Source: an uncultured bacterium
GTDB taxonomy: Bacteria > Patescibacteriota > Minisyncoccia > Phycocordibacterales > CAIJYI01
Direction of reading: 5' to 3'
NCBI GenBank assembly: GCA_903824855.1
Contig: CAIJYI010000037.1
Location: forward strand, 18,684 to 82,683
Length of the DNA stretch: 64,000 nucleotides
Each line of letters opens with the position of its first letter. Position 1 is the first letter of the stretch. The notes below the pieces were generated by a model that saw nothing but the letters and a program-made list of their open reading frames with translations, was not told the DNA's origin and made no database searches. This document shows, piece after piece, positions 18,727 to 29,533 of this stretch. A program made the position numbers and the translations under genes.

Positions 18727-19263
18727 TTATGGACATAAACTGCTCGGGTAAAGATTTGCGGAATAATCATCAGCGGTGCCATATATACCATCCGGACCAA
18801 CGGTTCGTATTGTGTCGGGACGGCAATCCGCAGAACCTGACTCTTTCTCGTTTTCATCCAGTCCGTAGGGACTGCCCCAAGGATCGCGAGTCATTTGAGT
18901 AAGATTTGTTACTGCGCCGTTTGTAGAATTTTGAATAGTAGTAAGTACATTTAACCACTGTACATAACATGAATCGGAGGTAACAATGTTTCTAATATCA
19001 CGACCTCGGCAGGAACAGTCACTGCAATTACTCCCCGTGATATTTTGTAAACGGCCTTTTTCCTGTTGTGCCAAAACCGCTGAATTTATAAATTGAGTCA
19101 TTTCAGCTTGAGCCCTCGCATATTTCGCCTTTTCCCTTGCTTTTGCCACTGACGACATAACGATTGAGGAGAGGAGGCTAATTATTGAGACAACGACAAG
19201 AAGTTCAATGAGTGTGAACCCTTTTTTTTGTTTTTTATTTTTAAATATATGTTTTATATTCAT
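18727..19263 (-). CDS. Type IV pilin/GspG-like major pseudopilin
   Basis: KKG|FTLIELLVVVSII, AREKAK, DPWGSPY, GPDGIYGTADD; Cys-rich. Confidence 0.88.
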   Translation of the reverse strand: MNIKHIFKNKKQKKGFTLIELLVVVSIISLLSSIVMSSVAKAREKAKYARAQAEMTQFINSAVLAQQEKGRLQNITGSNCSDCSCRGRDIRNIVTSDSCYVQWLNVLTTIQNSTNGAVTNLTQMTRDPWGSPYGLDENEKESGSADCRPDTIRTVGPDGIYGTADDYSANLYPSSLCP

Positions 19264-19297
19264 TTCAATTTGATTATATCACAAACGAATGTTGCTC

Positions 19298-19330
19298 AAA
19301 AAAAAGACGAGAAATTCTCGTCTTTTTTTT
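19298..19330. terminator. Intrinsic terminator
   Basis: AAAAAAAGACGAGAAATTCTCGTCTTTTTTT. Confidence 0.75.
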
Positions 19331-19367
19331 ATTATCGAGTGTTTTTTGAAACACAATAGATCCATTA

Positions 19368-20909
19368 TTACTGATCTTGTGTCCACTGAACGAATTTGTA
19401 CGTATCTTCTGTGTACGGCGTCATCGGTGGTGGATCATTAAAGAGGGTTGAATCGTAATTATCAATACGCGTATTATACCCATTAACATTTCCCCATTTT
19501 GTTCCTACGCGCCCGTTAGAAACAACCGTGCCGTAGATATTCATCTGGTTCTGAAAAGCACAACCACTATATTTACTCGCGAGGCCGCAACTTGTATCAT
19601 AATAATCTCTTCCGAAATAACCAAGCTGTGCGATAAAAATTCCGTCGGCACTGAGATTGTCAGGGGAATCAGGTGGCACTTTTACTGAGTTTTCAGCGAG
19701 AGCTGTTAAACCATCGGCCGTACCATCTGATGGAGTATAATTTATACTATTCCGAATATAAATATTTGGATTTTCTGAGGAAGTACTACTTGCAGCAATA
19801 ACAGAAATCTTTCCATTAAGATTGCCTTCCAACCAAACATTATCATCAAAATATAATAATTTACAGCTTGTTGGAGGAGCAAAAGTTCCAATGAGGCTTT
19901 GTGCGGTTCCACTTGGCGTATAAGGACAAATTCCATTTGAACCGGAATTGGAAATTACACTGTTTTCGCTTACTTTATGAGCGCAATCAGCGATTCCGTA
20001 AGACACAGGAACCCCGGGAACACTCTCAGTGGAAAGCACTTTATATAATGTAAAAGTTCCTTCCGGGTTGAATATTAAATGATAACCTAACGTCATCGCA
20101 GAACCGGGATTTGTTCTTGGAAAATAGCATCCGAGCCCTTGTCCTGCGTTGCACACACCCGGAGTAGTAGAGGCAACATTTTTCCGATAAATATCTGTCA
20201 GGTTTTGCGAAATAATAGTAAAATCAATCTGAGGAACTGGAGACTTCCATAAATTAGACCCGGCACCAGTACCGCCAGAATCATGAGTTACACCTGGGGC
20301 ACTTGATTGGACGGGGGAACAATAACTAGAGCTACAATTCCAGGTAGTCTGAGCAGAGGTGACAGAAGAATAATTCGTTCCTTCAAAATCAATACCGCCA
20401 TTTGAATGATACGGGCCATAGATGATACGATCGTTACCCACGAGAACATTTGAATTAAGAATATAACTAAAATTAGAAACAGACGGGCGCATGTAGCGTC
20501 CCGTAATTGTTTTTTTTATTTCCGGATGAGCATTCGTCCAAGCAGTAGAAACAACGTCTACTGACATAAGTGACCCACATTGATAATTTCCAGAAATTGC
20601 TAAGGAATATTTGCCTATGGCACTTCCTTCAGGATCAAGAAAATCATGCACATACGGGCCGGTGTGGCCTGTGCCATCTTGGATATCATTAGGATAATGT
20701 CCTAGCCGCCATCGATAATACTCAAGACCGGCTTCCGAGATAGTTAACGCTTTAGATCCTTCCTCTTTAGAAACTTCTACCTTTTTTTGCATAAGAGAAA
20801 CATCAACAAGCCCAATGAGCACAAAAACAAAAACAGCGATAAAAACTAAAGCTGTTATTGAAAGAACGCCGGAATGAAAAGAACGCTGTAATAATTTTAT
20901 TTTTTGCAT
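19368..20909 (-). CDS. PilX-like minor pilin with large C-terminal domain
   Basis: SG|VLSITALVF hydrophobic helix, ALTISEAGLEYYRWRL, GPYHSNGGI; within the pilus locus. Confidence 0.75.
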   Translation of the reverse strand: MQKIKLLQRSFHSGVLSITALVFIAVFVFVLIGLVDVSLMQKKVEVSKEEGSKALTISEAGLEYYRWRLGHYPNDIQDGTGHTGPYVHDFLDPEGSAIGKYSLAISGNYQCGSLMSVDVVSTAWTNAHPEIKKTITGRYMRPSVSNFSYILNSNVLVGNDRIIYGPYHSNGGIDFEGTNYSSVTSAQTTWNCSSSYCSPVQSSAPGVTHDSGGTGAGSNLWKSPVPQIDFTIISQNLTDIYRKNVASTTPGVCNAGQGLGCYFPRTNPGSAMTLGYHLIFNPEGTFTLYKVLSTESVPGVPVSYGIADCAHKVSENSVISNSGSNGICPYTPSGTAQSLIGTFAPPTSCKLLYFDDNVWLEGNLNGKISVIAASSTSSENPNIYIRNSINYTPSDGTADGLTALAENSVKVPPDSPDNLSADGIFIAQLGYFGRDYYDTSCGLASKYSGCAFQNQMNIYGTVVSNGRVGTKWGNVNGYNTRIDNYDSTLFNDPPPMTPYTEDTYKFVQWTQDQ

Positions 20910-20945
20910 AATTATGATAATAGTATACTACGAATTCGGCTTACC

Positions 20946-21551
20946 CTAAAGATTTGATTTCAAATTTCGTAATGTTGCGCTCGTACGCAAAGTAAATTCA
21001 TTCGGCATTGTTGCCGGGTTTACGTTCACGACAAGTTTAATCTGTATCCAACGGATATTAATAAGAACGAAAGGGCTATTCATTTGTGCTCCGGTTGTGT
21101 CGTAATAAGTAAAAATATTCACGTTATTTTCGGCGTTTCTTACATATTGAGCGACGGTAGTAATTATTTCACTTCCTGAATTATAAACAGACGGAATACC
21201 TACTGGTTTTATTATACCTCGTTGGAAGTTATTTCCGCTCAAAAAATAACGAACGCGCTCAATAGTTCCATCTCCGTCTATATCTGAATAAAAAGTAATA
21301 TTATTTACATCTACTGCTTCTAAAGGATATGCACCGGAGGCAGAATATGCCGCTTCCCTCAACGAAGTAACCATAGAATTAAGACCTATTCGAGCGCTAT
21401 CAAGCTGATTTATTTGTTCAAGTGTATAGCGATTCGTTTGATAAAAAGTTATCAAAGCATTTGAAATGACCACCATGGAAAAGGAAAATATAGCAATATA
21501 GATTATTGTTTCAAGTAAGGTCATTCCTGCCATTATATTTTTTTTGTTCAT
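20946..21551 (-). CDS. Minor pilin (PilW/GspJ-like)
   Basis: AG|MTLLETIIYI prepilin motif; C-terminal TSATLRNL. Confidence 0.82.
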   Translation of the reverse strand: MNKKNIMAGMTLLETIIYIAIFSFSMVVISNALITFYQTNRYTLEQINQLDSARIGLNSMVTSLREAAYSASGAYPLEAVDVNNITFYSDIDGDGTIERVRYFLSGNNFQRGIIKPVGIPSVYNSGSEIITTVAQYVRNAENNVNIFTYYDTTGAQMNSPFVLINIRWIQIKLVVNVNPATMPNEFTLRTSATLRNLKSNL

Positions 21552-21565
21552 AGATAGAGATGTTT

Positions 21566-24500
21566 TTATTGTTGGTTCATCTCAAAGTAGAGATGCGCTG
21601 TCTGATTACCAGATATTGGTGCGGTTGTATTCAAAGAAACTGAGGTTCCCGATGCGGGGGTAGTACTGTTTCGTTTTATGAGAGCAAACGTACCGTCGCT
21701 CGCTACGTATGAGTCATGTTTGGTTTGATTTGTTCCGGCAGTAGGAGAAGTATTCGCATTTTGGTCTGCGTAAATAAGCCAACCCCATGATTTGTTTGTA
21801 GTGGAAACGTAAGTATCACTTACAACTCCTGAAACATTTCTTCCTCCTCCGATTGAACCTACCGGGTCACTCGTTTTAGCACCCGTAACAACGAGTACAT
21901 TCATCATGACATCATCGCTGTTTGACTGTGTAATACTTACGGTCATGGACTGCGACGTTGTGACGGTTGCGGTATAAAGAGTTACAACAGAATCTGTTCC
22001 TCCGCCGTTTCCATATGTACCCTGTGGTACGTAAGAGAGATGAGAAGAGCGATTGTCAGTTATCGAAGCAATAGCGCGGTCTGAACTAATAGCGATATAA
22101 AGAACAGAGTTTACTGGAGGAGTAAATGAATTTGATGTGATTGTTTTTCCGCTCGTCTTTACCGTCGCAGGTGTAGAATTATCAAGCGCGAGTGGAGCGG
22201 TTACTGTTATTACAAGTGTGGCCGTTCCTGTACCCCCTGCATTCGTTGCGCCGATAGTAACACTGGTAACACCGGAGGAAGTCGGGGTTCCTGTTATGGA
22301 ACCATTGGATGTATTTACAGAAAGTCCATTCGGAAGATTTGTTGCACTAAACGATGTTGGATTATTTGTGCCGGCAATAGTATATGTTGAAAAAGCGCTT
22401 CCAATTTCCCCTGATGCAGTAAGAGGACTATTTGTTATAACAGGTGGCTGCGGATTAATTGTAATGACAAGTGTCGCTATTCCACTCCCCCCGGCATTAG
22501 TTGCGCTGATGGTAACGTTTGAAATTCCAACAGTCGTCGGCGTTCCGGTTATAGCACCGGAAGATGAATTTACAGAGAGACCGGCTGGTAGAGATATGGC
22601 GCTAAAGAATGTTGGACTATTTGTACCGGTAATAGCGTAGGTAGAGAAAGAATTCCCTACGACACCCGTCGCGGTAAGAGGATTATTCGTAATAACCGGT
22701 GCTGGCGGTACCACAGTAATGGTATCGCTCACGCTCGTTGAGCCACCGGATCCAGCACACAAAAGCGTATAGTTAGAGGTGACCGCAGGAGAAACTGTTT
22801 GAGTTCCACCTCCAACATTTTTTGATCCAGTCCACGAGCCGGAAGCGTTACAAGAAGTAGCATTTGTAATATCACTCCATGTAAGAACAGAAGAACCTCC
22901 AAGTGTTATCGTAGTCGGGTTCGCCGTAAGAGAAACTCCCGGGGGAGGAAGGCTCGTTCCGGTAAAGGTAATTGTACGGTAGGAATAGTCCAAAACATCT
23001 ACATTCATAATCGTTGTTGTACTGGTGTATGGAGGTGCGCTCACATCAAGTGAGTATGGATTTCCGTTTGTAAAAGTTCCCGCAGAAAGTCCATTCCAAA
23101 ACACCTGTCCGCAACGTAAACCTGTTTTTTTATAATTACTAAAAGCTGGAGATGCTCGGTATATTTTTACAAGAGCATTAGAAATACTATTACCGGCACT
23201 ATTTTTCACCCCAATGAGAATTGAGTTTGGATTCGTTGTTGTTGCGTTTATATACACATCGAGATCTGACTCCGGGTTAACGTTAATTTTTGGAAGAGAA
23301 GATTCCGGAGCTCCACAAATTTCAGAAAGTTCATAATTTGTTTTTGTGACTGAATACAAGTCAGATTCAAGAGAAGACGTCGCGTATAATCCTGAGGAAT
23401 CAGCGGAAAAAATTTGGTTTAGTTTATACACCGGATTATTCCCGGAATCAGTTCCCATTGTTTTCGTTCCAGCCATAGTGAAACTAAAGTCTGGTCTCAC
23501 CGTTTGAACAAGATAGGAAATCTGCCAGTCAGAGATTGAAGGAGTGACGGATGTATCGGACGTACTTTCTGAAATACCGACACTCAATGATGTATAACTG
23601 GCATCGAGTAACGATAAATCTACCGGTGATGAAGAAAACCCTGTTACATTTCCGGTAAGCGCAGTGTCCGGGATAAGAGTGGGGGTTCCTCCATTGTTAT
23701 AATAAAGATGGACAAAGTAATCTGTATTTGCGGGTGTATTAGCATTCCAAGATAAAGTTTTCCATTGATAGAAATCGGTCGGTGCAACCCAAATACTTCT
23801 CGCTGTTCCACTTGAATTGTATACGCCTGAATTGTTAGTAAGAACGAGGTTTCCTCCTTTTGTTTCAATGGAGGAATTAGAGGCAAGTTTTGAGGCATCA
23901 GAAAAGGAGTCATTCCATGCTCCATCGACAGGGGTATTGAAAAAATGTATTGCAAGGTTGCTTACCTTATCAATCTGAAAACTTATTGGGTTCACATTAT
24001 CATCAATGGATGTAAAATGACCCGGATTTGGATTCGGAAGTCCCGCAGAAATATCATATGTTTTGGCGGTGTTATAACCCGACTTAGTAACAGTTATCTG
24101 ATATCCGGCTCCTGGCGGTACGCCATTTTCATACCACACACCGTCGTCATTAGTTATACGATCAACAGACAAAACTCCCTGTTTGTAAATATGGATATTT
24201 GCTCCGGATACAGGACCGGAGCCGCTAAATATAGTGAATTTAAAAACGCCACCAGGAACATTCGTTTCAAGTCCTTTTGGTGCAATATTGGTTATAGAAA
24301 AAAAACTAAAGGTTTGTCCACGGAAATCCCAAGAAACTTCGACTTTCACTTGTTTATAATCAGTATTTATCGTATCGGCTGGAGCAACACCATCCGCCGG
24401 GTCATCAACCCAAAACACCACATTTCTTCGCGTATATTGAATGCCGTTTAATAAAACACTTGATCCCGACTCAACTTGCGGCACAGTACCTGAAGGATTA

Positions 24501-24721
24501 CCCATCACAACTCCAACACTCGAAAAGGGTAAACTTCGCATATATTCAATTTGTTCATTAACAAGAGCCATAGCACCAAGCCTGGCTTTATTCTGAGCAA
24601 TATTCGACAATGAAGAAGTGAGGACACCATAAAGTCCAACAAATCCGGTTACAAAAAGAAAAATCCCGATTAATGCATCGATTAATAAAAATCCTCTTGA
24701 TTTGTTTTTTGGGAGAAACAT
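21566..24721 (-). CDS. Very large minor pilin (PilV-like N-terminus) with carboxypeptidase-regulatory-like and tandem putative-Ig domains; candidate tip adhesin
   Basis: SRG|FLLIDALIGI, EQIEYMRSLPF, YKQVKVEVSW; two ~83 aa LPxGLSVNxSxGxITGTPT Ig-like repeats; S/T-rich. Confidence 0.8.
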   Translation of the reverse strand: MFLPKNKSRGFLLIDALIGIFLFVTGFVGLYGVLTSSLSNIAQNKARLGAMALVNEQIEYMRSLPFSSVGVVMGNPSGTVPQVESGSSVLLNGIQYTRRNVVFWVDDPADGVAPADTINTDYKQVKVEVSWDFRGQTFSFFSITNIAPKGLETNVPGGVFKFTIFSGSGPVSGANIHIYKQGVLSVDRITNDDGVWYENGVPPGAGYQITVTKSGYNTAKTYDISAGLPNPNPGHFTSIDDNVNPISFQIDKVSNLAIHFFNTPVDGAWNDSFSDASKLASNSSIETKGGNLVLTNNSGVYNSSGTARSIWVAPTDFYQWKTLSWNANTPANTDYFVHLYYNNGGTPTLIPDTALTGNVTGFSSSPVDLSLLDASYTSLSVGISESTSDTSVTPSISDWQISYLVQTVRPDFSFTMAGTKTMGTDSGNNPVYKLNQIFSADSSGLYATSSLESDLYSVTKTNYELSEICGAPESSLPKINVNPESDLDVYINATTTNPNSILIGVKNSAGNSISNALVKIYRASPAFSNYKKTGLRCGQVFWNGLSAGTFTNGNPYSLDVSAPPYTSTTTIMNVDVLDYSYRTITFTGTSLPPPGVSLTANPTTITLGGSSVLTWSDITNATSCNASGSWTGSKNVGGGTQTVSPAVTSNYTLLCAGSGGSTSVSDTITVVPPAPVITNNPLTATGVVGNSFSTYAITGTNSPTFFSAISLPAGLSVNSSSGAITGTPTTVGISNVTISATNAGGSGIATLVITINPQPPVITNSPLTASGEIGSAFSTYTIAGTNNPTSFSATNLPNGLSVNTSNGSITGTPTSSGVTSVTIGATNAGGTGTATLVITVTAPLALDNSTPATVKTSGKTITSNSFTPPVNSVLYIAISSDRAIASITDNRSSHLSYVPQGTYGNGGGTDSVVTLYTATVTTSQSMTVSITQSNSDDVMMNVLVVTGAKTSDPVGSIGGGRNVSGVVSDTYVSTTNKSWGWLIYADQNANTSPTAGTNQTKHDSYVASDGTFALIKRNSTTPASGTSVSLNTTAPISGNQTAHLYFEMNQQ

Positions 24722-24760
24722 GTGTTAAAAAGTCAAAAGTCTGTAAAAAATTACAATCGA

Positions 24761-25975
24761 TTACATGCTCGCCGTTAATTTATACATCGGCGTAATCATA
24801 GCAATAGCAAAAAATCCGACAGCGCTCGCTATAAAAAGCATGAGAATCGGCTCAATAACGGTGGACAAATCTTTAGTAACAGTTGAAACTTCGTCTTCAA
24901 AGAAGACTGCAATTTTTTCAAGCATCGTCGCAAGTTTACCCGTCTCTTCACCAACTTGCATCATTTCTCCCACCAACAGCGGATATATATCTTGATTTTC
25001 TAAAAATACAGAGGAAAGCGGGATACCTTTTTGAACGGTATCTTTCGCTTTTGCCAGAACCTCTTTGTAATAAGAATTCTGCATAACATCTTCGGTAATA
25101 TCCAAAGCCTCTATGACAGTGACACCGGAAGAAAAAAGAGAAGAAAGTGTGCGTGCTGTTTGAGCGGCATTGTATTGTTTAACGATACCCGAAATTCCCG
25201 GAATATGGAGGGCGACATAATCAGATAATCTCATCCCTATTTTTGTGCGTAACCCGAGAGTAAAAGCAATTACAAATCCTATGATACTTGAAATGGCGAG
25301 TACTGTATTCGCGACGAGGAAATCACTAATTATCATAATGATTTTAGTACTCATCGGAAGCTCCATATTGAATTCCTTAAAGGTAGAGGTCAATGTTGGG
25401 ACAACATAAATAAACATAATGATACCAATGATGATCATGGCGCAGAAAACGATAGTCGGATACATCATGGCGCTTTTCACTTTCTTTCTGAGAGTATAAC
25501 CTTGTTCCAACTGTTGTCCTACGACATCGAGCGCTTCCACAAGTTTTCCCGATTCTTCTCCGGCGCGCACCATAGAATTAAAAAGTGAAGAAAATACATC
25601 GGGATACTTTTTTAGCGCGGTAGAAAAGGGGTCTCCTTCTTCAATACTTTTCTTTAAAGAGAGAATTATCGATTTGAATTTAATATTAGTCGTTTGTTTT
25701 CCCAATATTTCCAGAGCACGAGAAAGTGCAATGCCTGAACTTATCATCGAAGAAAGATTTCTTGTGAAAATTATTTTATCGCGTAATTTTATACGCGTCA
25801 GCATCAGATTGATTTTCGTCAGGTCAAAGTTGGTCAAGGTTTCTTCTCTGGCAAAGATGACGGTAAGTCCTTTTTCCTTCATCATTTTCACGAGTTCACT
25901 CTTTCCCGCAGCCTCTGCTCTGTCTTCAACATTGCGACCTTCCGCTGTCTTTGCTATGTAATTAAATATCGGCAT
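24761..25975 (-). CDS. pilC: Type IV pilus platform protein (GspF/PilC family)
   Basis: MPIFNYIAK, FTRNLSSMISSGI, MVRAGEESGKL, AMMYP, IEPILM, PMYKL. Confidence 0.93.
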   Translation of the reverse strand: MPIFNYIAKTAEGRNVEDRAEAAGKSELVKMMKEKGLTVIFAREETLTNFDLTKINLMLTRIKLRDKIIFTRNLSSMISSGIALSRALEILGKQTTNIKFKSIILSLKKSIEEGDPFSTALKKYPDVFSSLFNSMVRAGEESGKLVEALDVVGQQLEQGYTLRKKVKSAMMYPTIVFCAMIIIGIIMFIYVVPTLTSTFKEFNMELPMSTKIIMIISDFLVANTVLAISSIIGFVIAFTLGLRTKIGMRLSDYVALHIPGISGIVKQYNAAQTARTLSSLFSSGVTVIEALDITEDVMQNSYYKEVLAKAKDTVQKGIPLSSVFLENQDIYPLLVGEMMQVGEETGKLATMLEKIAVFFEDEVSTVTKDLSTVIEPILMLFIASAVGFFAIAMITPMYKLTASM

Positions 25976-26025
25976 AAATAAAAAATATAAAATGAATGTA
26001 CGAAAATTCAATAATGAAATGCGAA

Positions 26026-27780
26026 TTATTCCGAGATAACACGCAATATTTCCTCGATGGTGGTCAAACCCTGAACAGCTTTGAACATTCCATCTTCAAT
26101 CATGGAAACCATACCTTCTTTGATTGCCTGTTTCTCTATTTCATCCGATGAACCGCCCCTTAAGATTATTTCTTTGATGGTAGAGGACATTTTTAATACT
26201 TCATGAATGACCAAGCGCCCCGCGTATCCACTCTCACACTCAGTGCTCTTTTTCTGTTTGTAAAACGGAATGGTATCCCAGTTCTGATTTGCCTTAATAA
26301 TATTTTCTTCTTTTAACTGCTTTAATACTTTATCCATGTCTACCGTTTTTGAAAGTGAAGCCAATTCGGATTTCGTCGCAAAATATTTTTCTTTTGCTCC
26401 GCACAATCTTCGGACGAGGCGTTGGGCGACGACTACGTTTATTGTGGAAACAAGAAGAAATGGCTCTACTTCCATATCAATAAGACGAGGAATTGTCCCC
26501 GATGAAGAGTTTGTATGAAGAGTTGAAAGAACAAGGTGTCCGGTAAGTGCGGCATTTACGGCAAGAGAAGCTGTCTCGTGATCACGAATCTCTCCCACCA
26601 TGATAATATCGGGATCTTGACGAACAAGCGTGCGAATTCCTTCTGAAAAAGTAAAACCGATATCGGGACGGACTTGCGATTGATTGACTCTTGCCATTTG
26701 ATATTCAACAGGATCTTCAATGGTAGAGATATTTACTTCCGGAGTATTGAGCAAGTCTAAAATTGTATACAGGGTGGTTGATTTTCCTGAACCGGTCGGA
26801 CCCGTGACTAAAATCATTCCCGTTTTTTGTTTGGTTGCGAGATGGATTCGTTCGAGAGCTTCGCCATGAAAACCCAATCCTTCAAGAGAGAATCCTCCTC
26901 CTCCCTCTTTCAAAAGGCGCATAACTGTTTTTTCACCATAATACGTCGGCAAAATGGAAACACGAAAAGCAACGGAATTGGTCGCCGTCTCTATTTTAAA
27001 TCTTCCGTCCTGAGGAAGTCGCTTTTCGTCGAGTTTAAGATTTGAAAGTACTTTGAGACGAGCCGTGATACCGGAAGCGGTATTTTTCGGCAGAACCATG
27101 GCGTCATGGAGGATGCCATCGATACGATAACGAACAACCACTTGCTTTTCCATCGGTTCGATATGGATATCCGATACGCCCTGAAGAACGGCGTGATTGA
27201 GTAACGTGTCGACGATACGGACAACGGGCAAATCATGAGCGAGTTTTTTGAGGTCTTCTTCGCTTCTTTCTTCTCCTTCCAAAACATCAGGAATAGCGTG
27301 TAGTTCTTCAGATCCTTGTTTTATAATATCACCGAATTCAGCCTTTAAGCTTTTTTGGTACTGCAAAAGAACGCTCTTCATTGATTCCGTATCAGTAAGA
27401 CGAGGTAAAATCTTTAATCCGACTTTTTTCTTTACAAAATTGATTGCTTCAAGGTCATCGGTATCGAGCATTGCGACTTCGAGCGACTTCGCATCTTTTT
27501 TGAAGGCGATAATATTATGGTTGCGGGCAATCGGCTCAGGAATTAAAGAGAGAATTGAAGGATCAATCTTCTCAACTTTAAGATTAATAAAAGGAATCCC
27601 CATGATATACCCTTTCATTTGACGAAGATCATCGGCGGTGAGTTTTCCATCACGAACAAGTAATTCATCAAAGGTAACATCAGTACCTTTTACCTTTTTT
27701 TCCGCATCATCAATATCTTTAGCTGAAACTAAATTTGTATCAAGAATAAACTTTTTCAATTGATCAGCGTTCACGTGCAT
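26026..27780 (-). CDS. pilB: Type IV pilus assembly ATPase (GspE/PilB family)
   Basis: SDIHIEP, EKRLPQDGR, GPTGSGKSTT (Walker A), TIEDPVE, RQDPDIIMVGEIRD, TGHLVLSTLHTN. Confidence 0.95.
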   Translation of the reverse strand: MHVNADQLKKFILDTNLVSAKDIDDAEKKVKGTDVTFDELLVRDGKLTADDLRQMKGYIMGIPFINLKVEKIDPSILSLIPEPIARNHNIIAFKKDAKSLEVAMLDTDDLEAINFVKKKVGLKILPRLTDTESMKSVLLQYQKSLKAEFGDIIKQGSEELHAIPDVLEGEERSEEDLKKLAHDLPVVRIVDTLLNHAVLQGVSDIHIEPMEKQVVVRYRIDGILHDAMVLPKNTASGITARLKVLSNLKLDEKRLPQDGRFKIETATNSVAFRVSILPTYYGEKTVMRLLKEGGGGFSLEGLGFHGEALERIHLATKQKTGMILVTGPTGSGKSTTLYTILDLLNTPEVNISTIEDPVEYQMARVNQSQVRPDIGFTFSEGIRTLVRQDPDIIMVGEIRDHETASLAVNAALTGHLVLSTLHTNSSSGTIPRLIDMEVEPFLLVSTINVVVAQRLVRRLCGAKEKYFATKSELASLSKTVDMDKVLKQLKEENIIKANQNWDTIPFYKQKKSTECESGYAGRLVIHEVLKMSSTIKEIILRGGSSDEIEKQAIKEGMVSMIEDGMFKAVQGLTTIEEILRVISE

Positions 27781-27898
27781 ATATATATTATTATACACTA
27801 AAATAAAAAATCCACGCAAAAAAAACGTGGATAAAAATGGACAAAAAAAAGGATTCCTCTATAATGAAAAGATAAGTGTTTGAATACAACAAAAAAAT

Positions 27899-28255
27899 AT
27901 GGCCCAACAATTTGAAGCACCTGATTTATCAAATCTTCTCCCGCCAACCGGTGAAAATGACAACAGCATGAACACCCCGTCGGTTTCCGGTGTTGGTTTT
28001 AATGTACAGAACAAATCATCGGTTCGTTCGGCAAAAAAAATAGGCGCAATAACCAAAATGGTTATAAAATATTCCCGCGGAAAAATTGAAGACGAAAAAC
28101 AAGCAAATGTTGTTTTGATTGGATTTATAGTGCTAACCGTCATTATTTTGTTGTTTTCTTTATCCGGGAGCTCAAGTGGAGTAAAGAACGTCAAGTTTTC
28201 TCCAACCGTCCAGGAAGATATGCAAAATGCCGCCAAAACTCTTTATAAACAGTAA
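27899..28255 (+). CDS. Hypothetical single-pass membrane protein
   Basis: 118 aa with one hydrophobic segment, just upstream of a pilin gene. Confidence 0.65.
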   Translation: MAQQFEAPDLSNLLPPTGENDNSMNTPSVSGVGFNVQNKSSVRSAKKIGAITKMVIKYSRGKIEDEKQANVVLIGFIVLTVIILLFSLSGSSSGVKNVKFSPTVQEDMQNAAKTLYKQ

Positions 28256-28262
28256 TTCAAAC

Positions 28263-28805
28263 ATGAAATTTTTTTACAAAGAGCAAAAAGGTTTTACTTT
28301 AATTGAGCTTCTCGTTGTTATTTCTATAATAGCACTGCTTTCCAGTGTCGTTATGTCGAGTACCGTTGCCGCCAGAAAGAAATCAAGAGACACTAAACGA
28401 ATCAGTGAACTACAAGCACTTCAAGTCGCGCTGGAATTATATCGTGATGATACCGGACATTACCCGAATAATGGCGCGAGCGGAACATTTGCGGGATGTT
28501 GGAAAGGCACAGCAAATTGGATTCCTGACGGTACAAATTATGACTGGTCAACGGGGTATATTTCTGAACAACCACAAGACCCTGCTGATATTTGTTGCTG
28601 GCCATGGGGAAATTGTGGAACAGCCGGAACTCCGGGAACTTATGAATATTGGAGTAATGGGCTACATTATCTCTTAGCGGCAAGATTAGAAGACACGGGT
28701 AATATTAACAGATCTGAGGTGACCGGAATTATTGACCCCCGAGATGGAGCTCTTTACTCGAGTAATGACCCATTGGGAAAATATGTTTTTGTACTTACTC
28801 AATAA
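28263..28805 (+). CDS. Type IV pilin/GspG-like protein
   Basis: QKG|FTLIELLVVISII, ARKKSRDTKRISEL..LQVALELY..D.G.YP. Confidence 0.9.
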   Translation: MKFFYKEQKGFTLIELLVVISIIALLSSVVMSSTVAARKKSRDTKRISELQALQVALELYRDDTGHYPNNGASGTFAGCWKGTANWIPDGTNYDWSTGYISEQPQDPADICCWPWGNCGTAGTPGTYEYWSNGLHYLLAARLEDTGNINRSEVTGIIDPRDGALYSSNDPLGKYVFVLTQ

Positions 28806-28890
28806 TTTTTTGATAAAATGAATTTCGATTAGTGTATGACATAATATTTATCTTGAGTATGTCACGGGAGGCGTTAAATAATTTTTAAAT

Positions 28891-28930
28891 ACAAAAAAAC
28901 AATCATGAAAATTCATGATTGTTTTTTTGT
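28891..28930. terminator. Bidirectional intrinsic terminator
   Basis: ACAAAAAAACAATCATGAAAATTCATGATTGTTTTTTTGT, perfect inverted repeat. Confidence 0.8.
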
Positions 28931-28940
28931 AAATTGAAAG

Positions 28941-29525
28941 TTATTTCCTTTCCGGGGACTTCCCAAACATCGATGTCGTTTTTTGATTAGGAACTTTTTT
29001 CTGTTGCACCGGAACCCTCTGCCGAATCAGATATTTATCTGGATTTTCACAGAGATCAACAAAGTCATCAGCTTCTTCTCGCAATTTTCCGGAAGTTGAT
29101 TTTCCAAAGGATGCCACTTCTACACGAATGCCCATATTTAAACGGAGGAATTGAACGAGTGGTACGAAGTCGCCGTCACCGGAAACAAGAATAACCACGT
29201 CCAATTTTGGTGCGAGAGAAATAGCATCAACGGCGAGTCCGACATCCCAGTCGGCTTTCTTTGCACCGCCGAAAAAGATTTGCAAATCCTTGGTTTTAAT
29301 TTCAATTCCGAGTTTCTCAAGCGCTTCAAAAAAGTTTTTCTCTTCGCCTGATTCCGTGGTGATGACATAAGCCAAAGCCCGAATAAGCGCGCGATCGCCA
29401 ACTGTTTCTTTGAGAATATTCTCAAAATTTGCGCGCGACTGATAGAGATTGCGAGCGCTATGATAAATGTTTTGCGTGTCTATAAAAACACCGACGCGCT
29501 GGTGTGAATGTTTAATTACTGCCAT
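28941..29525 (-). CDS. NYN domain protein (LabA/DUF88 family, PIN-like)
   Basis: VFIDTQNIY, KKADWDVGLAVD, LVSGDGDFVPL, ADDFVDL. Confidence 0.92.
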   Translation of the reverse strand: MAVIKHSHQRVGVFIDTQNIYHSARNLYQSRANFENILKETVGDRALIRALAYVITTESGEEKNFFEALEKLGIEIKTKDLQIFFGGAKKADWDVGLAVDAISLAPKLDVVILVSGDGDFVPLVQFLRLNMGIRVEVASFGKSTSGKLREEADDFVDLCENPDKYLIRQRVPVQQKKVPNQKTTSMFGKSPERK

Positions 29526-29533
29526 AAAAATGT

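Noticed and set aside
18727-28805. Diversity-generating retroelement acting on pilins
   Set aside because: No reverse transcriptase and no TR/VR pair differing only at adenines were seen. The two Ig repeats in the large pilin differ at all base types.
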